A stretch of DNA of 64,000 bases from Methanobacteriota archaeon. Lineage in GTDB: Archaea; Methanobacteriota; Methanobacteria; Methanobacteriales; Methanobacteriaceae. A model generated the notes under the pieces. That model was given only the letters and a program-made list of their open reading frames with translations, searched no databases and had not been told where the DNA came from. The stretch spans positions 96,001 through 160,000 of the forward strand of contig CAWBCJ010000018.1 in the NCBI GenBank assembly GCA_963787255.1, written 5' to 3'. Position 1 is the stretch's first letter. The number at the start of each line of letters is the position of its first letter. A program made the position numbers and the translations under genes. Positions 56,502 through 64,000 of the stretch are shown here, one piece after another.

Positions 56502-57422
56502 ATGTTATATGGAATTGTAGATATTGGTTCAAACACAGTTAGATTAAATGTTTATCGTTGCAAAAATAAGGATGTAATAAGTGTTTTTTTTTCAAAAAAA
56601 GAAAATTTAGGTCTATTATTTTATATTAAGGAAAGGAATATTAACCAATGAAGGTATTAAAAAATTAGTAAGCGTTCTTAAAGAAATGAAAAGTGATTTG
56701 GACTATTTAGAAATAAAGAATTACCACTTCTTTGCCACAGCTGGGCTCCGAAATATTGAAAACAGCGCCGAAGTTATTCAAATTATTAAAGATAAAGTCA
56801 ACATTGGAATTGATGTATTATCTGGTGAGGAAGAGGGAAAACTAAGCTTTTGTGGGTCTATATCCACCATAAAAAGAGATAATGGGATTTTAATAGATGT
56901 TGGTGGGGGTAGTGTTGAAATTGTACTCTTTAAGAACAGAAAAATACAAGAGGCCCACAGCATTCCTGCTGGTTCTTTAAAAATGTATAATGATTATGTA
57001 TCTCTTATAATACCTGATGAAAAAGAGTCTAATTTAATTAAAGAAAGAATATACTCTGAATTAAATAAAATTGACTTCAATAATGAAGAAAAAATTCCTT
57101 TTATGTGTGGTATAGGTGGGAATCTTCGTGCTTAATCAAAAAATTATTATTTGATTTAAATTTTCAACAAAATAAGTGGGATTTAATAGATGTTAAATTA
57201 TTAGAACGACTAAAAAGAATTGAATTGAAGCATAATAATAAAGACACTTATAACAAAATATTACATGTTAAACCTTCCAGAATCCATACTTTGGTCCCTT
57301 CTTTGTTAACACTAGAAGCAATTACTTCTTATTTTGGATGTAGCGAAATACAAATTAGTAAATTTAGTGTTAGAGAAGGCTATTTATATAAAAAAATATT
57401 AAACAGGTGCCAAAATGTCTAA
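56502..57422 (+). CDS. ppx: Exopolyphosphatase Ppx/GppA family, two frameshifts
   Basis: MLYGIVDIGSNTVRL from ATG 56502, FATAGLRN, LSGEEEG, DVGGGSVE, GIGG, SVREG; shifts near 56634 and 57133. Confidence 0.85.
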
Positions 57423-59541
57423 AGCGGATTATAGTTTTACCCAAAACCGCGAATTATCCTGGTTAAAATTTAATGATCGTGTTTTAGAAGAAGCAGAGGA
57501 TACTTCTGTTCCTTTATTAGAACGTTTAAAATTCATATCTATTTTTACAAGTAATTTAGATGAATTTTATAGGGTTAGATGTGGAAGTTTATATGATTTA
57601 TCTCTTATTGATGAAGATTATGTAGATAATAAAACTGGTTTAAATGCGCAAGATCAATTAGATGCTATATTTGATAGGACTAAATTCTTATATCAACGTA
57701 GAGATGATGTATTTAAATCTCTCAATTTTAGTTTAAAAGAGGAAGGTATTTATGATTTAGATTTTGAAGAATTGACTAAAAATGAAAAAAAATTTATTAA
57801 CAAATATTTCTTTAATTGTATTTTTCCAGTTTTATCTCCCCAAATTATTGATATTCACCATCCTTTTCCTCATTTATTAAACAAATCCCTAAATGTTATG
57901 TTAATAATAAAGGATAAAGGCGAAATATTATATGGACTCATTCCAATCCCTTCCTCTTTACCCAGGGTAATTTATTTTCCAAATAATGAAATGAGGTTTA
58001 TTCTATTAGAAAAAATAATATACGAATATGTTAATGAAATCTTTTCAAATTATAACGTAGAATTTAAAACTATAGTTTCTGTTACTAGAAATGCTGATAT
58101 TACTTTATCTAATTCTCAAATTGATGACGATGAAGATTATAGAGGGTATATAAAAAAAATTTTAAAGAAAAGAACTCGTTTAGCACCAATCAGATTAGAA
58201 TTCTATAAATATTCTGACTTAATATTAACAAAATTTTTATGTGATCAGTTAAATATCCAAAAAAGTCAAGTTCAAATCTCTAATACTCCTTTAGATATGA
58301 ATTATGTATTTAAATTATATACACATATTGAAAAAATAAATGAATTAATTTTCCATAAATTATCATTTAATCCCTATTATCCTAAAATACCAAAAACTAT
58401 AAAGGAAGGAAAGATTATTCCTCAGTTAAAAAAGAGGGATTTTTTATTATATTATCCATTTGATTCTATAGAACCTTTTTTAAGATTATTAAAAGAGGCA
58501 GCTAACGATAAAAATGTGATATCCGTTAAAATTACTATTTACAGATTAGCTAGGTCTTCATCTATAATAAAATATTTATTAGAAGCACGTGAAAATGGAA
58601 AAGAAGTAACTGTTTTAATTGAACTTAGAGCTAGATTTGATGAAGAGAATAATATTCATTATGCTGGTTTATTAGAAGAAGCAGGTTGTAGGATTCTGTA
58701 TGGTTTTGAAGAGTACAAGGTACATTCAAAAGTTTGTTTGATTACCCGGAAAGAGAGAAATAAAATTCAATATATAACTCAATTAGGAACGGGTAATTAT
58801 AATGAAAAAACCAGTAAATTATACGCTGATTTTAGTTTTATTACAAGAAACCCTGCTATTGGAGAAGATGCAATGTTATTCTTTAAAAACATGGCAATTT
58901 CTAATTTAAATGGGGAGTATCTAAAGTTTTTAGTTGCACCTTTTGGATTAAAAACTAAATTAATCGAAAAAATCAATAAGGAAATTGACAATGCAAAGAA
59001 TAATCGTCCAGCTAGTATTATCATGAAAATGAACTCTTTAACAGATAGAGAATTAATTGACATGTTAAAAAAAGCATCTAATGCTGGTGTAAACATTAAA
59101 TTAATAGTTAGAGGTATTTGTTGTTTAATTCCAGGATTACCAGGTAAGACTGAAAATATTGAAATCATTAGTATTGTAGGTAGGTTCTTAGAACATTCAA
59201 GGATTTATTGTTTTGGTACTGGAGAAGATGCTTCAATATATTTATCTAGCGGTGATTTAATGGCTAGAAATACTGAAAAAAGAGTTGAAGTTGCTTTCCC
59301 TATTGAAAACATGGTATTAAAGAAAAAAATTATGCATATGTTAGATATTATGCTTAAAGACAATGTTAAAGCAAGAAAAATTAATGATAAAGGAGACTAT
59401 GAGAAAGTTATTAGAAGGGTTGATTTAATTGATTCTCAAAACTATTTTATGCATGATGATTTCTCAGAAATTGAAGATGAAGAACAAAATGTAAAAGAAT
59501 CATTTTTCTCTAAACTAAAACATTTATTTAAAAATAATTAA
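57415..59541 (+). CDS. ppk1: Polyphosphate kinase 1
   Basis: NRELSWLKFNDRVL, SNLDEF, ELRARFDEENN, KVHSK, GTGNYN, GRFLEHSR. Confidence 0.96.
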   Translation: MSKADYSFTQNRELSWLKFNDRVLEEAEDTSVPLLERLKFISIFTSNLDEFYRVRCGSLYDLSLIDEDYVDNKTGLNAQDQLDAIFDRTKFLYQRRDDVFKSLNFSLKEEGIYDLDFEELTKNEKKFINKYFFNCIFPVLSPQIIDIHHPFPHLLNKSLNVMLIIKDKGEILYGLIPIPSSLPRVIYFPNNEMRFILLEKIIYEYVNEIFSNYNVEFKTIVSVTRNADITLSNSQIDDDEDYRGYIKKILKKRTRLAPIRLEFYKYSDLILTKFLCDQLNIQKSQVQISNTPLDMNYVFKLYTHIEKINELIFHKLSFNPYYPKIPKTIKEGKIIPQLKKRDFLLYYPFDSIEPFLRLLKEAANDKNVISVKITIYRLARSSSIIKYLLEARENGKEVTVLIELRARFDEENNIHYAGLLEEAGCRILYGFEEYKVHSKVCLITRKERNKIQYITQLGTGNYNEKTSKLYADFSFITRNPAIGEDAMLFFKNMAISNLNGEYLKFLVAPFGLKTKLIEKINKEIDNAKNNRPASIIMKMNSLTDRELIDMLKKASNAGVNIKLIVRGICCLIPGLPGKTENIEIISIVGRFLEHSRIYCFGTGEDASIYLSSGDLMARNTEKRVEVAFPIENMVLKKKIMHMLDIMLKDNVKARKINDKGDYEKVIRRVDLIDSQNYFMHDDFSEIEDEEQNVKESFFSKLKHLFKNN

Positions 59542-59571
59542 TGGAAGTTCTTGTATTACTACAAATTAAAA

Positions 59572-60957
59572 TCAGCTTGTTTTTTCTACTTTCTTACTTC
59601 TTCCTGCGATTGATACAAAAATTCCAGCAAAACAGAGCACTGTAAATATTATAAATGCTATCTGGATGCTTGAAAGTAAAGCGGGATAATTTTCAGGCAT
59701 TATAATTACTCTTCCAATAAATAATGAAAATATTAGTATGGCTATTCCCATACTTAATGTCTGTCCAATTAGCCGCATTGTGCTTACTGTTGCTGATGCT
59801 ATTCCTAAAAATCTTCTTTCAACAGATCCCATTATGGAATTGGTATTGGGGGATGAAAAGAGTCCAAAACCTGCACCAAGGATTATAAGTCCAATAATAA
59901 TAAACATAATATCTGTATTGGTATTTAAAAAGCTGAAAAGGAATAAACCAAAGGTGGTTAATGCCATTCCAATAGTGGCTATTATTCGGGGTTCGTATTT
60001 ATCTGAAAGTTTCCCGGCAACAGGAGCTAAAACAGCCATGACTACTGGTTGTGCTACCAGGATAATACCTGCATCTTGAGGATCGAGTCCTTTAATGTAC
60101 TGTAAGTATAGACTTAGGAAAAATACTACTGCAAATGTGGCCATGTAATTGATTAAAGCAGCGAGGCTTGAAAATGCGAAGGTTGCATTTTTAAAGAGTT
60201 TTACATCGAAAACGGGAACTTTGACTTTTAATTCTAGCATTACAAATGCTACAAGACCTATTGCACCTATTATTATCATTATTATTCCAATTATTCCGGG
60301 AAGTTCTGAAAATCCGATCATGAATGTGAATAAAGCTATACTGTAAAGTATTGTGCCGGGAATGTCGAATTTTTCTCCTTGACATGCTGCCCATTCTCCT
60401 TTTAATTTCCAGAGTGTGAGAGCTATAACTAGGATTCCAAAGGGTACCATTAAATAAAAGAGGCTTCTCCATCCTAGATATTGTGTTAATATTCCGCCAA
60501 GTGCAGGTCCAAGTGAAAGACCTACATAAACGGCACCAATAGTAAATCCTATTGCTTTACCTCTTTCTTGTGGTGGATAAACAGATGTTATAATTGCAAG
60601 GCCTGTAACAAAAATCATGGCACTTCCAATACCTTGAATTACTCTAAATGCTATTAGTGATGTGGCAGAAAAGGCAATTGCAGAAAAAAAGGAAGCAATT
60701 GTAAAAATAATCATTCCATAGGTAAAAATCTTTTTCATACCGTAAATATCAGCAATCCGTCCAAAGGGAACTGCAAATATGGCAGCCGCTAGCAAAAAGG
60801 ATGTTGGTATCCAGCTTAGTAGAATGGCGTCGGTTAAAAATTCATTTCCTATAGCTGGAAGAGCTATATTTATGGCAGATGACATAAATGGGGTTAAAAA
60901 TGATGAAATAATCGCTATAATCAATGCAGGGGTTTTGTAATTACTATAATTTTCCAC
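59572..60957 (-). CDS. MFS transporter (EmrB/QacA-like)
   Basis: GRIADIYGMKK, RVIQGIG, GPALGG, SPNTN; many TM helices. Confidence 0.9.
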   Translation of the reverse strand: MENYSNYKTPALIIAIISSFLTPFMSSAINIALPAIGNEFLTDAILLSWIPTSFLLAAAIFAVPFGRIADIYGMKKIFTYGMIIFTIASFFSAIAFSATSLIAFRVIQGIGSAMIFVTGLAIITSVYPPQERGKAIGFTIGAVYVGLSLGPALGGILTQYLGWRSLFYLMVPFGILVIALTLWKLKGEWAACQGEKFDIPGTILYSIALFTFMIGFSELPGIIGIIMIIIGAIGLVAFVMLELKVKVPVFDVKLFKNATFAFSSLAALINYMATFAVVFFLSLYLQYIKGLDPQDAGIILVAQPVVMAVLAPVAGKLSDKYEPRIIATIGMALTTFGLFLFSFLNTNTDIMFIIIGLIILGAGFGLFSSPNTNSIMGSVERRFLGIASATVSTMRLIGQTLSMGIAILIFSLFIGRVIIMPENYPALLSSIQIAFIIFTVLCFAGIFVSIAGRSKKVEKTS

Positions 60958-61095
60958 AGAATCACCAGAATAATAATCTAGATTAATTTATAGAGCTATT
61001 TTTTTTATTATTAGAATATATAATCTTCTGATATTTTAAAAGTAGTTATTTTGACTTTTATATTTTATATAAAAGTATTTTTTTTGAATCCACAC

Positions 61096-62637
61096 TTATT
61101 TTTCTAAATCTTTGTATTCTTTTAGATCTCTTAATGCGGGAGCATGAATCACTTTTCCATCATAATTGTATCGTGAACCGTGACATGGACAGTCCCATGT
61201 TTTTTCTGCATTATTCCAGCTCACCTGACAGCCTAGGTGTACACATACAGAAGATACAGTGTATAATTTACCATTTTTGTCTTTATAGGCTGCTACTTTT
61301 TTACCATCTATATTTAATATTCTTCCTTCTCCTTTTTCAAGATCAGAAGGTTTCATTGGTTCGGGACGTGAAATACGGCCAGATAAGAGCTCTTTAGCAA
61401 CGTCAATGTTGGATCCAATAAATTCTTTAGTTGATTCCAGTGCTGGTTTAGATCTGGAAGGGTCGAAAAATGAGCTCCATGGGTTTTCTTTACCTAAGAT
61501 TAGGTCAGATAGGATCATTGCTGCTAATGTTCCATTGGTCATTCCCCATTTCATAAATCCTGTTGCTACATATACTCCTTTTGATTTGGATTCTACTTTA
61601 CCAATATAGGGTACTTTATCTATGGTAACGTTGTCTTGGGTTGACCAGTGATAATCAATTGATTCTACATCAAAATGGGTTCTTGCGTGTTCTTCTAACT
61701 TTTTATAACATTTTATTGTGTCAGTTATGTGGCCGGTTTTGTGATTAACTCCTCCTGCAATAATCATTTGGCCTTTATCTGTTGGTGTTGCTCTGTAAGT
61801 GCGAGTAGGGTCTATTCCAATGAACATTGCATCAGGGAATTGTTCTTTGGTGTAGAATCCGAGGGCGTATGATTTGTTGGGGTACATTTTTGTGTATAAA
61901 TGGCCGGGATCATAGATTGGGAAATGAGTGGCTACAATTACATTTTTTGCTTGAATTGAGCCTTTATTTGTGATAACTTCGTTAATTTCTCCTTCTTTTA
62001 CTTTTAAGGCTCGTGTGTTTTCAAAAATATGGCAATTATCTCCTTCTATTTCTTTAATTAGTGCTAGTAGGTATTTTCTTGGATGGAATTCTGCTTGATT
62101 TTCATATTTAATAGCACCTTCAACATTAAACCTGTTTAAGGGGATTGATTCTTCGTATGAGACGGGTAATCCGATTTTTCTTGCTGCACTGGCTTCTTCT
62201 TTTATTTGTTTTAGTGAGTCCTTGTTTTCGGTGTATAGGTAGCAGGGTAGTCTTCTATAATCGCAGGATATGTTGTGTTCGTTTATTATGGATTCAATTT
62301 GGGTGATGGCTGATTGGTTTGCATTAGCGTAGATGCTGGCTTTGTTTTTTCCATATTCTGATAAGAGTTCTTTGTAAATTATATTATGTGCGGAGGTGAT
62401 TTTGGCTGTTGTGTTGGCTGTTACGTCGTTTGTTACTTTTTCTGCTTCTATTATTGCTATTGATAGTCCTGCTTTTTTTAAAAGGAGTGCTGATGTTATT
62501 CCAGCGATTCCGGCTCCTAATATTGCTACATCTACTGATAATCCTTCTTTTAAAGTTGGATAATTGGTATTGGGGGTGTTTTCTATCCAGAAGGATTCTA
62601 ATTTTCCCATATTTTCAATGTTTTCTAATTTATTCAT
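61096..62637 (-). CDS. FAD-dependent oxidoreductase with C-terminal Rieske [2Fe-2S] domain (YhfW-like)
   Basis: GAGIAG, TANTTAKIT, KWGMT, CVHLGC...WDCPCHGSRY. Confidence 0.9.
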   Translation of the reverse strand: MNKLENIENMGKLESFWIENTPNTNYPTLKEGLSVDVAILGAGIAGITSALLLKKAGLSIAIIEAEKVTNDVTANTTAKITSAHNIIYKELLSEYGKNKASIYANANQSAITQIESIINEHNISCDYRRLPCYLYTENKDSLKQIKEEASAARKIGLPVSYEESIPLNRFNVEGAIKYENQAEFHPRKYLLALIKEIEGDNCHIFENTRALKVKEGEINEVITNKGSIQAKNVIVATHFPIYDPGHLYTKMYPNKSYALGFYTKEQFPDAMFIGIDPTRTYRATPTDKGQMIIAGGVNHKTGHITDTIKCYKKLEEHARTHFDVESIDYHWSTQDNVTIDKVPYIGKVESKSKGVYVATGFMKWGMTNGTLAAMILSDLILGKENPWSSFFDPSRSKPALESTKEFIGSNIDVAKELLSGRISRPEPMKPSDLEKGEGRILNIDGKKVAAYKDKNGKLYTVSSVCVHLGCQVSWNNAEKTWDCPCHGSRYNYDGKVIHAPALRDLKEYKDLEK

Positions 62638-63075
62638 AAGTTTCGCCCATTAAATCAGTTAATGATATTAATTATTTTGTTTTTTTTGATATAAATAGGG
62701 GATAATAAAAATTAAATAATAATAAATTAATAATAATAAGTATGATAACATATGAATTTTTAACTAACTGGTTTTTAAACATATTCTACATACTACTAAT
62801 ATCAACACCCCTAATTCTAATATACAAATCACTACAAAAGATAATAAACAACATAACAGAAACATAAACAAAATTCATACCCATATAAACCATAAAAAAA
62901 CAAAATAATCAAACAAAAATCAGTATTTACACAAATTAACATATAATAAAAATTATTTATAAATTTAGATTAATTATTTTGAATTAAAAAAAATAATAAT
63001 AGGATTAAAAGGCTCCATAAGGTACCGATAAAAATTTATTAAAGTGAGGCATAAAATAAAACACGGTGGTAATCT

Positions 63076-63660
63076 ATGAAAAAAACTATGGAAAATTTGG
63101 CAAAGGCATTTATTGGTGAAAGCCAGGCAAGAAATAGGTACACACTGTACTCTAAAGTTGCAAAAAAAGAAGGATATATCCAACTCTCAGATATTTTCCT
63201 AATTACAGCTGAAAACGAAAGAGAGCACGCCAAATGGTTAATGAAAATGATCCAGGGATTAAAAGAAGAAATTGGAGAAGCTCCAGATGAAATTACAGTT
63301 GAAGCTGCAGCACCAATAATTTATGGAACCACAGTAGATAACCTTAAATCAGCAATTGCAGGTGAACATTACGAAAATTCCGAAATGTATCCAGGATTCG
63401 CTGATGTCGCTGAAGAAGAAGGATTACTTGATATATCTGACAGATTAAGAGCAATTGGACATGCAGAAGTTCACCACGAAGACAGATACACCCGAATATT
63501 AGAACAAATTGAAGCAGGGACTGTATGGAATAAAGAAGAAGACGTTGAATGGAACTGCACTAAATGCGGTCACATATTTTATGGAACCGAACCTCCAGAA
63601 AAATGTCCTTCATGCGATCATCCCTCCAAATACTTTGAAATTAAATGTGAAAAATACTAA
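63076..63660 (+). CDS. rbr: Rubrerythrin
   Basis: GESQARNRY, ENEREHA, EVHHE, C-terminal CTKC...CPSCDH. Confidence 0.93.
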   Translation: MKKTMENLAKAFIGESQARNRYTLYSKVAKKEGYIQLSDIFLITAENEREHAKWLMKMIQGLKEEIGEAPDEITVEAAAPIIYGTTVDNLKSAIAGEHYENSEMYPGFADVAEEEGLLDISDRLRAIGHAEVHHEDRYTRILEQIEAGTVWNKEEDVEWNCTKCGHIFYGTEPPEKCPSCDHPSKYFEIKCEKY

Positions 63661-63675
63661 GGACACTACAAAAAA

Positions 63676-64000
63676 ATGACCGAAAAAAAACAAGTATACA
63701 GGTGTAATATCTGCGGAAACATAATTGAAATCCTGCATCTAGGTGTGGGAAAACTAGTATGCTGCGATAACGAAATGCAACTACTTAAAGAAAAAACGGA
63801 AGGCACAGGCGCTGAAAAACACGTACCTGTAATAGAAAAAACGGATAATGGAATAAAAGTAAAAGTAGGCTCTTTATCACATCCGATGGAAGAAAATCAC
63901 TGCATTGAATGGATAGAAGTAATTGCTAACGACCAGATTTACAGAAAAGTGCTCAAACCTGGTGATAAGCCTGAAGCAGAATTCAAAATAGATGTAAATG
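63676..64000 (+). CDS. dfx: Desulfoferrodoxin (2Fe superoxide reductase), 3' end outside window
   Basis: Manual translation MTEKKQVYRCNICGNIIE...LVCC...EKHVP...HPMEENHCIEWIE. Confidence 0.92.
   Translation, partial: MTEKKQVYRCNICGNIIEILHLGVGKLVCCDNEMQLLKEKTEGTGAEKHVPVIEKTDNGIKVKVGSLSHPMEENHCIEWIEVIANDQIYRKVLKPGDKPEAEFKIDVN

Noticed and set aside
62760-62950. Strongly A/C-rich, G-poor tract in the Rieske-protein/rubrerythrin intergenic region
   Set aside because: No defined repeat unit or credible ORF; continues local compositional skew

Overview
AT-rich chromosomal window from a pseudomurein-walled methanogenic archaeon of the Methanobacteriales, most likely Methanobacterium. This is inferred from cofC, an AtwA/A2-like ATPase, cDPG synthetase, egsA, archaeal primase and CCA enzyme, nurA-herA-mre11-rad50 and pseudomurein-binding repeats. 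Most of the window is core genome: cbiT-ubiX-HD-moaE-nadM, proS/cofC/thiD, egsA-rpiA, hisD-aspS, the alternative shikimate entry genes, thpR-cca, priSL, metG and the DSB-repair operon. It has two oxidative-stress clusters. The first holds three rubredoxins missed by the ORF track, plus fprA, ferritin, peroxiredoxin and SOD. The second holds a Rieske/FAD oxidoreductase, rubrerythrin and desulfoferrodoxin. I saw no rRNA, tRNA, CRISPR array or intact mobile element. Best leads: (1) an HprK-like P-loop kinase coupled to thpR-cca, a possible tRNA 3'-end repair module; (2) a pseudomurein-binding protein ending in an uncharacterised Cys/His-rich domain; (3) a secreted protein with thioester-domain-like motifs; (4) two basic rubredoxins beside a canonical acidic one; (5) a bacterial-type ppx-ppk1 cassette next to a decayed response-regulator gene. 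Frameshifts cluster at 42.7-57.2 kb, including in rad50, and are probably assembly indels. All family assignments come from motif recognition, not database searches.
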